Assembly (NCBI GenBank): GCA_041697335.1
Contig: JBGUGD010000004.1
Coordinates: 1-64,000, forward strand
DNA from: Vampirovibrionaceae bacterium NZW_1234
GTDB lineage: Bacteria > Cyanobacteriota > Vampirovibrionia > Vampirovibrionales > JAGQHJ01
Length of the DNA stretch: 64,000 nt
Direction of reading: 5' to 3'
Shown: piece after piece, positions 48,774 through 58,496 of the stretch
Position numbering within the stretch: position 1 is the stretch's first letter
Layout: every line of letters starts with the position of its first letter
The notes under the pieces: generated by a model
Told to the model about the DNA's origin: nothing
Database searches by the model: none
Seen by the model: only the letters and a program-made list of their open reading frames with translations
Program-made: the position numbers and the translations under genes

Positions 48774-49715
48774 ATGTTAATGACTCTGACATTAAATCCG
48801 GCCATTGATTATTTAATTACGGTTCCCGAGATTTCCTTGGAGGATACCTTACGGGCGAAGACCGTTTTGTTTCAGCCGGGTGGTAAGGGGGTCAATGTGA
48901 GTCGTGTTCTGCATCGCCTGGGAGTCGAAAATATTGCATCCGGCTTTTGCGGGGGAGATACGGGTCAATGGCTAAGGTCGTTTCTCGATGATGAGGGCGT
49001 TTCTCATGATTTTGTGGCCGTTGAATCCCAAACTCGGGTCAATACCATTATTACAGAACAGCATGAACGCGGGCAGCTCCGTATTAGTGCCCCTGGCGGA
49101 CGTATTCGCAACGATGAGTGGCATTTGTTATGTGAGCGGCTTCGGAACCTGCCCGGGGATATTCGTTGGGTGACGCTGGGAGGGAATGTCCCTCCTCCGT
49201 TAGAAGCGTCTGCTCTTCGAGAACTACTTGAACTGTTAAACACTCGGGGCGTTTCGACTGTCGTTGACGCCGATGGGGCAGTCTTACAAGAGGCATTGGC
49301 GGCATCGCCGTTTTTAATCAAACCCAACCGCTACGAACTGGAACGTCTCACGGGACGGTCTATGGCAACACTTGATGATGTGGTAGGAGCCTCCCGCAGT
49401 TTGATTCAAGCGGGTAAAACCCAGGCCGTTGTTACCTCCCTCGCCGAAGCTGGGGCTGTGTTGGTCACGGATGATGAAGTGCTTACAGCGAAAGCTCCCG
49501 AGGTGGATGTCATGAGTAAAGTGGGTGCAGGGGACTCTATGGTTGCTGGGGTATTAAAGGCACTTTGCGAAGAGGCGCCCTGGGAAGAGGTTCTTCGGAT
49601 GGGGGTTGCTGCAGGTACGGCAACCGTAATGAATCCAGCCAACTATTTGCTTCAAGCCTATCAGTATGAAGATCTTCTGGCTCAGGTAGAGGTAACCCCG
49701 TGGATTCCGGCTTAG
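48774..49715 (+). CDS. 1-phosphofructokinase-family hexose kinase
   Basis: [41 protein letters not shown] before ATG 48774. Confidence 0.9.
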   Translation: MLMTLTLNPAIDYLITVPEISLEDTLRAKTVLFQPGGKGVNVSRVLHRLGVENIASGFCGGDTGQWLRSFLDDEGVSHDFVAVESQTRVNTIITEQHERGQLRISAPGGRIRNDEWHLLCERLRNLPGDIRWVTLGGNVPPPLEASALRELLELLNTRGVSTVVDADGAVLQEALAASPFLIKPNRYELERLTGRSMATLDDVVGASRSLIQAGKTQAVVTSLAEAGAVLVTDDEVLTAKAPEVDVMSKVGAGDSMVAGVLKALCEEAPWEEVLRMGVAAGTATVMNPANYLLQAYQYEDLLAQVEVTPWIPA

Positions 49716-50971
49716 CTGGGGCTAAACCCAGGAATCATAACAGGGGCTTTAATCACAGTGCCTTTGGCCACCACGGTAACACCGCTGGGTGAGATGTAAA
49801 AACCGCGAGCCCTGTCTTCCTGAGGGTCATAGCCGATCCGGGTGTTGGCTGGAATATCGACACCCTTATCGATGATGGCTTTTCGAATCTGAGCATGGCG
49901 CCCAACATTTACCCCATGCATCAAAATCGAATCCTCGATTTTGGCAAAGCTGTTGACTCGTACATAAGGCGATAAGATACAGCGATCCAGATGTCCCCCA
50001 CTGTTAATACAGCCATCGGATACCAGAGAGTCGGTAGCAAAGCCACGGCGATCGTCATCAGCAAAGACGAATTTGGCTGGAGGGGCCTGATAGGAATAGG
50101 TCCGAATCGGCCATTGGGGGTTATAGAGGTTAAAGATGGGGGATACGGTCACAAGATCCATGCTGGATTCCCAGTAGGCGTCAATGGTCCCCACATCACG
50201 CCAGTATCCTCGCTCAGGCTCTTGCATCCCTGGATGGGAGTTTTGGGCAAAGTCATACACATAGACATTCCGACGCAGATACATAGAGGCAATGATATCC
50301 TTGCCAAAATCATGGGCCGAGCTTTCTTGATCGGCATCATCCACCAATTCCCGGATCATAATGTCGCGATTAAACACATAATTACCCATGGAGGCGAGTG
50401 TCCATCCAGGACGACCTGGAATTTCTTTGGGATCTTTGGGTTTTTCCTGCCAGCCAATAACCCGGTAATTACTGTCGATTTCGATAATGCCAAATTCCCG
50501 TCCCTGCTCTACGGGCACAGGCAGAGCTGCAATGGTTAGGTCGGCTTGTTTTTCCTGGTGATAATCCAGCATCTGCTGAACGTCCATTTTGTAGATGTGA
50601 TCGCCTCCAAAAACGGCGACAAAATCGGGGTTGTCGTCATAAATCAAATTCAGATTCTGATAGATGGCATCAGCCGTACCTTGGTACCAAGCGCCTCCGG
50701 TGCGCATCTGGGCAGGTACCAAGTCAATGTAATGGTTGTAAAGAGGAGGCATGGGCCAGCCTCGGGTGATATGGCGATTGAGGGAATCCGACTTGAATTG
50801 GGTCAGAATTTTAATTTTATAAATGGCGGAGTTGATGAAATTGTTTAAAGCAAAGTCGATAATGCGATATTTCCCCCCAAACGGGACAGCCGGTTTGGCC
50901 CGATCCATGGTGAGCGGATAAAGGCGACGTCCTTCTCCACCGGCGAGTATCATGCCAAGGACATTTTTCAT
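49712..50971 (-). CDS. glgC: Glucose-1-phosphate adenylyltransferase
   Basis: [54 protein letters not shown]. Confidence 0.97.
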   Translation of the reverse strand: MKNVLGMILAGGEGRRLYPLTMDRAKPAVPFGGKYRIIDFALNNFINSAIYKIKILTQFKSDSLNRHITRGWPMPPLYNHYIDLVPAQMRTGGAWYQGTADAIYQNLNLIYDDNPDFVAVFGGDHIYKMDVQQMLDYHQEKQADLTIAALPVPVEQGREFGIIEIDSNYRVIGWQEKPKDPKEIPGRPGWTLASMGNYVFNRDIMIRELVDDADQESSAHDFGKDIIASMYLRRNVYVYDFAQNSHPGMQEPERGYWRDVGTIDAYWESSMDLVTVSPIFNLYNPQWPIRTYSYQAPPAKFVFADDDRRGFATDSLVSDGCINSGGHLDRCILSPYVRVNSFAKIEDSILMHGVNVGRHAQIRKAIIDKGVDIPANTRIGYDPQEDRARGFYISPSGVTVVAKGTVIKAPVMIPGFSPS

Positions 50972-51116
50972 GTGCCCAGGATTCTCCTATTTTGGTTGGC
51001 CTTGATGTGAGATTCCGCTGTTTATTGTGTCAGAATCTCGAGCGTTTGACTAGTCTCCGCTGATGGATAATATAAGCGATTTCAGCGGGTTTGGGCGATC
51101 TCGGCTTAGGGATACC

Positions 51117-52097
51117 CTAGAGCCAGCTGGCTGCATCCAGCGCATGGTAGGTCACTATCAAATCGGCTCCGGCACGTTTGATACCGGTCAGGAGCTCCAG
51201 AACCACTTGCCGCTCGTCAATCCAACCGTGTTGGGCTGCGGCTTTAACCATGCTGTATTCCCCAGAGACGTTATAAGCCACCACTGGCAAGTCGGTTCTC
51301 TCGCGAACTTGGCTTAAAATGTCCAAGTAGCCGATGGCAGGTTTGACCATAAGCATATCAGCTCCTTCCAACATGTCTTCCTCGACCTCGCGGAAGGCTT
51401 CACGCCTGTTACGCCAATCCATCTGGTAACTCCGTCGATCACCAAAGGCCGGTGCAGACGCCGCAGCATCGCGAAACGGGGAATAAAACGCACTGGCGTA
51501 CTTGACGGCATAAGATAAAATGGCCGTGTCGGAAAAGCCGGCATCATCCAAAGCCCAGCGGATGGTTTGGACTCGCCCGTCCATCATGTCCGAGGGGCAC
51601 ACCACATCGGCCCCAGCTTCGGCCTGTGAAACGGCTGCTTTCGCCAAAGTCTCCAATGTCGGATCATTGACCACCTGATTGTCTAAAATGACTCCGCAAT
51701 GACCATGGCTGGTGTATTCACATAAGCAGGTGTCGGTCATAATGACAATATCGTTGCCGAAGGTTTCTCGCAGCTTTCGGGTGGCCTGTTGCACAACCCC
51801 GTGAGATTCATACGAACTGGTGCCTTGGGGATCTTTTTCTTCAGGCACGCCAAACAGCATCAACGCTTTAATGCCCAACTTCAAAGCCTTGTCCGCTTCA
51901 ATCAAGGCATTTTCTATTGAATTTTGATAAATCCCAGGCATTGAGGGGATAGGTCGCTGTTGATGTCGGCCTTCGACCAAAAACAGCGGATAAATAAAGT
52001 CTTGGGGACGGACGTGGGTTTCGGCGGTAAGTTCTCTTAGGGCAGGAGTGCGTCGAAGCCGACGCAGGCGAACGCTGGGGAAGCTCACAGATGACAT
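51117..52097 (-). CDS. hemB: Porphobilinogen synthase
   Basis: CLCEYTSHGHCG, PSDMMDG, YASAFY.PFR, MVKP, AYNVSGEY. Confidence 0.98.
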   Translation of the reverse strand: MSSVSFPSVRLRRLRRTPALRELTAETHVRPQDFIYPLFLVEGRHQQRPIPSMPGIYQNSIENALIEADKALKLGIKALMLFGVPEEKDPQGTSSYESHGVVQQATRKLRETFGNDIVIMTDTCLCEYTSHGHCGVILDNQVVNDPTLETLAKAAVSQAEAGADVVCPSDMMDGRVQTIRWALDDAGFSDTAILSYAVKYASAFYSPFRDAAASAPAFGDRRSYQMDWRNRREAFREVEEDMLEGADMLMVKPAIGYLDILSQVRERTDLPVVAYNVSGEYSMVKAAAQHGWIDERQVVLELLTGIKRAGADLIVTYHALDAASWL

Positions 52098-52273
52098 CCT
52101 TAACTCATGACGTTAGCTTTATTTTATCTTGGTCGTCATTTGGATTCAAAGCGTTGAATTGGAGTGAGTATTCGATCAGCAGTGGGATTATCATGGTAGC
52201 TGCCTTGAGGCTGGATTTTTTTCCTTGAGATATGGAATGACTGACTTCGAAGATATTGGGAAGGAAGACATAA

Positions 52274-52305
52274 ATAGGCCCTGATTCGCCAGAATCAGGG
52301 CCTAT
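52274..52305 (-). terminator. Terminator hairpin
   Basis: ATAGGCCCTGATTC-gcca-GAATCAGGGCCTAT, a perfect 14-bp stem. Confidence 0.8.
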
Positions 52306-52338
52306 CCAGTATTGGGTAGCTTAACAAGTGCGGGTATG

Positions 52339-52683
52339 TTAGAACCCAAATAAATTTCTAAAGTTTTGCACACCCCGGTTCATCGCATTTCCTTGTGCCC
52401 CTGCAGCGAATGCTCCTACTTGAAGACCTGGCGCCAGAATTTGAAGTGCTGGCGCTAAAGGCCCTGCAGCCTGGTTTAGGTTGTTAACGGCTTGCTGACC
52501 GGCATTGATGTCACTGCGGATATTGTTAACAGCGTTTTGACCTGCCTGGTCAATGGCGGCACCGGCTCGTTGGAATGGTCCTGGTGCGGGTTGAATGGGT
52601 ACCATGGGTTTGGGCTTTACTTTTTTTCCTGCGACAGCAGCTCCCGCTGCCCCACCTATACCGGCAGCAACTCCTCCAAACAT
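52339..52683 (-). CDS. Small Gly/Ala/Gln/Asn-rich hypothetical protein
   Basis: GGAGG RBS and its own terminator; biased composition. Confidence 0.7.
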   Translation of the reverse strand: MFGGVAAGIGGAAGAAVAGKKVKPKPMVPIQPAPGPFQRAGAAIDQAGQNAVNNIRSDINAGQQAVNNLNQAAGPLAPALQILAPGLQVGAFAAGAQGNAMNRGVQNFRNLFGF

Positions 52684-52881
52684 AGAAACCTCCCTCTTTA
52701 CATATTTTCCTCTTCACAACACAATCCCATTTACGTTGACTAAGATGGGATACAAGCATAAACGCTGGTTTTTAATTTTTTTAGACCCCTTTTCAATAGG
52801 TTGATTCTATTATGATAGGTCCCTTTGTTCACTTGAGAGGGTTTCTTTTTTTAAGGGATGTGTTTTGTAATGTAACATGCC

Positions 52882-53844
52882 TCATCGAATCGAAGAAAAT
52901 TGTTGGCCGCGTCGCAACAAAAATGACGCAAGCAAACGGCTCAGGCTTGCCGGTTTACAGCAGAGCCGGGGGAGATTCAGCTGAACCTGATAGTCTGGAT
53001 CACACGTGGCTACGCGAATATGGTGAAAACTCTGAGCCAATACAGTACCTGAGGCTTTTAATGAATCACGGGATTTAGTGTGAGTTAGGCGGCCAGAGGC
53101 GAATTCAAACAATCGGCCTTTAATGCAGCCGCGAATGGGGAACCATGGATAAAGCGCTCGCAAATACCGATCCATGTCACCTGGATCCATGCCCCAATTG
53201 AGTTCTCCGAGATTGTGTGGAAGCCGATCATAGGACCCGCTGCCAGGGGGTTGTTGCGTAAGGATTAGGGTATCTGAGGCCCATTGTTCTAACAATTCTT
53301 TGACCGAGAGTCGCGCTTCTCGGGCTGCTTTATCTCGCAGGCTTCCGCCTGTGTCAATCGTCTCAATGGCATAGGCACGCTGCAGAAGAATAGGGCCCGT
53401 ATCAATGCCTTGATCCATCAGATGATACGTGATGCCGGTTTGTGATTCATTGGCAAGGAGAACCGCTGTATAAGGGTTTGCTCCTCGGTGATAGGGCAGT
53501 AAGGAGGGATGACAATTGATAAATTGAATCTCAGGTATGGCTAAGACATGGGGTTGAATGATTTCTCCCCAGGAGCCGACGAGAACCAGATCAGGCTGAA
53601 GCTGTTCTAATTGTCGGATGAACTCAAAGTGATTAACGCTTGGAGCTTGGATGACCGGAAGATGATGTTTCTGCAGGAACCATCGAAAGGCTTGTTCACT
53701 GGACTCTCGAGCATAATAGCGCTCATCAGGATGCAAGGACCAAGGGAAAACACCGACCAAGGTTGCTAGCTGCGGGTGTTCCAAAATGCCTTGAGTTAAA
53801 GCCAATCCCATGGGACCATAACCCAATACCAAAACCCGGATCAC
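52882..53844 (-). CDS. Formyltransferase (Fmt/ArnA-like)
   Basis: INCHPSLLP.HRGANP, TG.TYH.MD.GIDTGPI, RAL.PW. Confidence 0.85.
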   Translation of the reverse strand: MIRVLVLGYGPMGLALTQGILEHPQLATLVGVFPWSLHPDERYYARESSEQAFRWFLQKHHLPVIQAPSVNHFEFIRQLEQLQPDLVLVGSWGEIIQPHVLAIPEIQFINCHPSLLPYHRGANPYTAVLLANESQTGITYHLMDQGIDTGPILLQRAYAIETIDTGGSLRDKAAREARLSVKELLEQWASDTLILTQQPPGSGSYDRLPHNLGELNWGMDPGDMDRYLRALYPWFPIRGCIKGRLFEFASGRLTHTKSRDSLKASGTVLAQSFHHIRVATCDPDYQVQLNLPRLCCKPASLSRLLASFLLRRGQQFSSIR

Positions 53845-53853
53845 GATGACCTG

Positions 53854-54675
53854 CTATTTTTTCTGCCAGGGAATGGCAAATTCAAGCTTCATTGAAATGA
53901 AATCAGGATTCATATCGGACATTCCTTGTGCAGACTCGCTGATAGGGGTAAGCGTAATACGCGTAATCATGATCAGTTCTCGCATCTTAGAGAGGTCATG
54001 AATAAACTGCGCCAAGGTGACGTAGGAGCCCTTCAGGTTTAAAACGTACTGGAAGGCGTTCATTTGAGCTTTGGTGTCAGAACCACTGGCCCCAGGTGCA
54101 GGGGTGGAGGGAATGACGGTTGGGGGGGCGTCTGCGGGTGTTGGTCCGGCAGGGGCATCTGCAGGTTTCGGAGCGGTGTTTGAACCTGGAATGGAGATGG
54201 GAAGATTGACGGATTCATCCACATTCAGAACAGTGGGCTCAATGGGTTGCAAATTGACGTAGACATTTTCTGTCTTTTCGCTGAGCTCCACCACTTTTTG
54301 AGCCACTTTAATCATGATCAATTCGGGAGAGTCACCCTCTTTGACTTTAACGGATTGGGTCGAAAATTTGCTGAGCTCCTCAGAGATGCGACGTAACTTA
54401 TTCTCTTCAATTGCCAGGCCTTTTTTACTTTCCTGCAACTTTTGGTTTGACGCAACTGTGGAAAAATACGTGCCGAACTTTTCGGGCAAACTGGTAAAAA
54501 TACTGGAGATGGCAAAGATGACAAAGGCAATACCGGCGAGGGCTTTAATATTAAAAAGATAAGGCCGTATCTCAGAAAAACTGAAACTGGTGCTCGACAG
54601 ATCCAACTCGTTTAAATTCAACTGTTGGGGGAGCGCTTTGAGATCCAGGTTTTTCAAGTCAACATTTAAGGCCAT
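53854..54675 (-). CDS. PilO-like type IV pilus/T2SS assembly protein
   Basis: TM helix, coiled coil, then Y.L.LKGSY..L.QFI..L. Confidence 0.65.
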   Translation of the reverse strand: MALNVDLKNLDLKALPQQLNLNELDLSSTSFSFSEIRPYLFNIKALAGIAFVIFAISSIFTSLPEKFGTYFSTVASNQKLQESKKGLAIEENKLRRISEELSKFSTQSVKVKEGDSPELIMIKVAQKVVELSEKTENVYVNLQPIEPTVLNVDESVNLPISIPGSNTAPKPADAPAGPTPADAPPTVIPSTPAPGASGSDTKAQMNAFQYVLNLKGSYVTLAQFIHDLSKMRELIMITRITLTPISESAQGMSDMNPDFISMKLEFAIPWQKK

Positions 54676-54677
54676 GG

Positions 54678-56150
54678 CTACGGGCTCCCAGCAGATCGTT
54701 GGGCACTGGGCGAACTGATAAGGGTGTAATCAAAATAGCGTTGATCATCTTGTTGTTTGGGTGTCACTGTGGGAGTTATGGGGGATGTGGGAAGTTCGTT
54801 GTTCAACTCTTTTACAAAGGCATTGAGCGGATCGGGGGTTAGGGTGGAGCCATTGATGTTGACTTCTATCGACTTGAGATCCGTAGCGGATTTAATGACA
54901 GATTCCTTTAACCAGGCATCGGCAGGGAGGGACTTGTAGATTTTAATAACAAGATTGCTGATTCGGTAGTTCTGATAGACAGCTTGCTTGATATAAAGTT
55001 TGCGCTTGATTTCAGGCACAATCGAGAGATTATTGAGTGCAGTATTAATATCGCCTTGGAGAACGGCTGTTTTCGCATTTTCATTTTGGGTAAAGTAGTC
55101 CAGCAGGCTGCCAATACCCATTTGGATGAGAAAAATAATGGCGCCTAAACCAATTAAACAATAGGCAATCAAGTTCTTCCGGCCTTCGTCCACCAGGTTA
55201 TCCATGGCGTTGGGATCAGCCATTTCCATGGCAGGTACTTCGGCAAAAGCGCGTACCAAGGCTCCTCCCACAGCTTCCAAAGTGCAGGGAAAAGCTGCAT
55301 CTTCGGCGCCACGGGAAGTTAATGTCGCATCGTTCTGATCAAAAAAGTCGGTAATTCCCTGAAACCCTAGCTTTTCAGCCAGTGTGGGGCTATAAATTTT
55401 CAGAGAGTTATTGACGATAACAATGCGGCTTAAGACCTCGAAACCAAAAAACTCTTGGAAATCGGCTTTAACTTCTGAGAGTAAGGCATCTTCTTCTGTA
55501 TTTTGGAGTGAGACTGGAGCTTCCAGGGTTTTCTCGATTAAGGAGCCTTCCACAATAGACATGAAGATGTTGTAGTCACTAATGATTAAAACACCCCATT
55601 TCAGCTGGTTTGCAATCTCTTGCTGAACAACCCCCATCGCAACCAGGCCACGAATGGTGGCGGTGTAATTACAATCGATAGATACCAAGGGAATTTTGAG
55701 ATCAATAAAGGCGTTTCGAATAATGTCCAATGTGAGTTTGGGATAGGCTGTATACAAAATCTGGTTATTTTTGATGGCACAATAACCAATATCGGGGTCC
55801 ACTTTTTTAAAGACATAAAACCGCTCAGCCTCACTCACCAGAATGGTTGTTAAGTCCTCACCAAGCAGATCGTCAGGAATCGAGTACTGGCGTGTAAAAA
55901 AGCTGGGAAATACCAGTGACGTGGGTGTGCGATAGGGAATTTTATTGCGATCGAACAAGCGTTTAATAACGGTTTTAAATTGTTCATCATCTTCCAGAAA
56001 TTCACGAGTAGAAGGATCAAAGAGGAACTCTTCGGAATCCATATGCTCAAAGCTGGATTTTTGAATATCATATTGCAGCAGTTCCAAGTGGCTCATGGAG
56101 GCCAGGATATTGATGCAGATGTTTGCTGTTTTCGGGGCTTTCATTGGCAA
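54678..56150 (-). CDS. PilM-like/PilN-like fusion protein
   Basis: Actin-like PilM pattern (SEAERF..F), a single TM helix, then PilN-like LP.DAWL and I.G......LN.F...L. Confidence 0.55.
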   Translation of the reverse strand: MPMKAPKTANICINILASMSHLELLQYDIQKSSFEHMDSEEFLFDPSTREFLEDDEQFKTVIKRLFDRNKIPYRTPTSLVFPSFFTRQYSIPDDLLGEDLTTILVSEAERFYVFKKVDPDIGYCAIKNNQILYTAYPKLTLDIIRNAFIDLKIPLVSIDCNYTATIRGLVAMGVVQQEIANQLKWGVLIISDYNIFMSIVEGSLIEKTLEAPVSLQNTEEDALLSEVKADFQEFFGFEVLSRIVIVNNSLKIYSPTLAEKLGFQGITDFFDQNDATLTSRGAEDAAFPCTLEAVGGALVRAFAEVPAMEMADPNAMDNLVDEGRKNLIAYCLIGLGAIIFLIQMGIGSLLDYFTQNENAKTAVLQGDINTALNNLSIVPEIKRKLYIKQAVYQNYRISNLVIKIYKSLPADAWLKESVIKSATDLKSIEVNINGSTLTPDPLNAFVKELNNELPTSPITPTVTPKQQDDQRYFDYTLISSPSAQRSAGSP

Positions 56151-56215
56151 AGAAGCTCAACTTGAGGGGTATTAACCAAGAGGATGGCGATGGACTGAAT
56201 CCAGGTATAATGAGG

Positions 56216-56812
56216 TCATCGGGTATTTTCTCCCAGGATACGCTCCACGGCTTCAACGATATCTCGACAGACCAGGTAGGGTTTGACCGTTAATTCCTGG
56301 TAGGTCCCTTGAAGAACCTGCTCGCCATATCCTGTACGAAGCAATATGCCTTTGCAGCCAGCATTTTTTGCAAATTCGACATCGGTTGCTTTGTCTCCCA
56401 AAACATAAGATTGAGCGAGATCAATATCGGGAAAAAGCTTTAATGCTTCCTCAATCATACCCGTATGGGGTTTACGGCAGGTGCAGTCTTTAGAGTATTC
56501 AGCGACACTCCCATGGGGAAGATGGGGACAATAAAAAGATGCATCCAGCCAGGCGTTTGCCTCAGTTTGTAACAATTCAGCCAGTCGGCTATTAAGCTTC
56601 AAAACATGATCCTCGTTGTAATAGCCTCTTGCGGGGCCGGATTGGTTTGTGGTGAGAATCGTATAAATATTGGCATCGTTGAGTTTGCCAATAGCCGTGG
56701 CGGCACCGGAAATTAAACGCAAATCAGCGACATTGGTAATATAACCAATCTCTTCATTAATCGTTCCGTCTCGATCCAGGAAAACTGCAATAGCCATAGG
56801 TTTATTATACAA
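56216..56812 (-). CDS. gmhB: D,D-heptose 1,7-bisphosphate phosphatase (HAD-IIIA)
   Basis: FLDRDGTIN, TNQSG.ARG, CPH, C.CRKP..GM, GDK.TD. Confidence 0.85.
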   Translation of the reverse strand: MYNKPMAIAVFLDRDGTINEEIGYITNVADLRLISGAATAIGKLNDANIYTILTTNQSGPARGYYNEDHVLKLNSRLAELLQTEANAWLDASFYCPHLPHGSVAEYSKDCTCRKPHTGMIEEALKLFPDIDLAQSYVLGDKATDVEFAKNAGCKGILLRTGYGEQVLQGTYQELTVKPYLVCRDIVEAVERILGENTR

Positions 56813-57005
56813 TTTGGTTGCTATAACGGGCTACAAAATCATTAATTTAATGGAGTTGTGCCTCTTTCTTGAGTAAAAATCAGTTGTTTCTGGTATGGAT
56901 ACGCTCTAGGACCTTTGGTATGAGGCTTTAACCTTCATGGCACATTTTGATAGGGCGATGTTTTTATACCTATAGTATCGAGGAAGGGGCCAGGCCAAAG
57001 TTCAT

Positions 57006-58496
57006 ATGGGGATTTCACGACCAAATCACTTTTACCCGGGCGTGCATGCTTACCAGCCATATCAACCGGCTCAGACCGGCTCTCTGATGATGGCATCGCC
57101 TGTCGTGCAGACAAGTCCTGGAGGGCTTGCCCCATGGCAACGGCCACCGATGTTGGTCACCAGTATGGTATCGCCGGAAGGCTATCCTATTTATCAATAC
57201 ACATTAAGTAATGGACATCGCCTCATTGTGGAACAGCGTCCAACCGATGTCGTTAGCTTGAGGACCTTTGTGAATGCGGGTTCCATTTATGAAGCTCCCG
57301 TCTATAAAAGTCTATTATATAGCCCTCGAGGCCTCCCCTCCGGAATTGCTCACCTGGATGAGCATTGCCACTTCCTTCGGTCTCAGAATTTCGGTAAAAA
57401 CCAATGGGCTGAAACGGTAGATCGTTCAGGCGCAAACTTTAATGCCTCTACTGATAGTGAAATGATTCAACACGAGCTGGTCTTCAATCGAGAAGATTTG
57501 CCCAAAATGCTTTCGCTCCACGCTGAATCGGTTTTACGGCCCGTGTATCGAGAGGACGAACTGACCCAGGAAAAAAAGAACGTCATCAATGAAATGGGCC
57601 AACGGATGAACATTCCTGAGGCTAAGGTTCTGAGTAAGCTCTATGAATTGATGTTTGACCGTCCGATTTTCCAAACACTGGGGCGGGTTGAAGATGTGCA
57701 GCAAACCACCGCAGCTCAGCTTGAGCAGTTCCATCAAATGTATTACACGCCCACCAATATGGTCACTGTCGTTTCAGGGCGCGTCGATCCGTCAATGGTG
57801 CTTGGCCACATCAACCGGGAATTTGGAAGTGTTCCACCCCGCATACAGCCTGAACCTCCTCGTGCCATGCAGCAGGCGATAAGGCCCGGTGAAGTTCGTT
57901 ATGCGACGGTCCATGATTCCCAGTTGACTTACAGTGTGGTCAATTTAGCGTTTCCGGCACCCCCTCGAAGTCATCTTAAGGAACGTGTTGCCATGGAGAT
58001 GATAGGCACCCTCTTAGGGAACGGTCCTACATCTATGCTGGAAACCGAAGTGCAGAACCAAAAACGTCTGGTGAATCAGATTGGCGTAGAATATTCGCCC
58101 ATGAAAGCTGCTGGAATCTTTGGTATTTCTCTGGTTACCTCGCCTGGCCAAGAGCAACAAGCCTTGGGAGCCACCTTGGGTGTTGTTTCGCGTCTTTCCC
58201 AGTGGATGGTGATGCCGCAAAAGTTGGAGGAAATCAAACAAAACCTAATTTTCAAGTTTAAGAGTGATCGCAGTCATGTGGAAACATCCACGATGATGTT
58301 GGGTGAAGAAACGCTTCATCAGAGTATGCCTTATTGCCTCCAATATGAGCAGATTGTGAATAGTATTACTCCAGCCGATCTTATTCAGACAGCGCAAAAG
58401 TACTTAAATCCCAGTACCTACGCCGTGGTGTTTGGTATTCCGGGTCAAACTGCCGCAACAGGGCAAGCTGGCACTGGGAAAGGAAAGGCCGCTTGA
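57006..58496 (+). CDS. M16 peptidase, catalytic subunit
   Basis: GIAHLDEH (HxxEH), NAST, EKKNVINE distal Glu, YYTP.NM. Confidence 0.9.
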   Translation: MGISRPNHFYPGVHAYQPYQPAQTGSLMMASPVVQTSPGGLAPWQRPPMLVTSMVSPEGYPIYQYTLSNGHRLIVEQRPTDVVSLRTFVNAGSIYEAPVYKSLLYSPRGLPSGIAHLDEHCHFLRSQNFGKNQWAETVDRSGANFNASTDSEMIQHELVFNREDLPKMLSLHAESVLRPVYREDELTQEKKNVINEMGQRMNIPEAKVLSKLYELMFDRPIFQTLGRVEDVQQTTAAQLEQFHQMYYTPTNMVTVVSGRVDPSMVLGHINREFGSVPPRIQPEPPRAMQQAIRPGEVRYATVHDSQLTYSVVNLAFPAPPRSHLKERVAMEMIGTLLGNGPTSMLETEVQNQKRLVNQIGVEYSPMKAAGIFGISLVTSPGQEQQALGATLGVVSRLSQWMVMPQKLEEIKQNLIFKFKSDRSHVETSTMMLGEETLHQSMPYCLQYEQIVNSITPADLIQTAQKYLNPSTYAVVFGIPGQTAATGQAGTGKGKAA

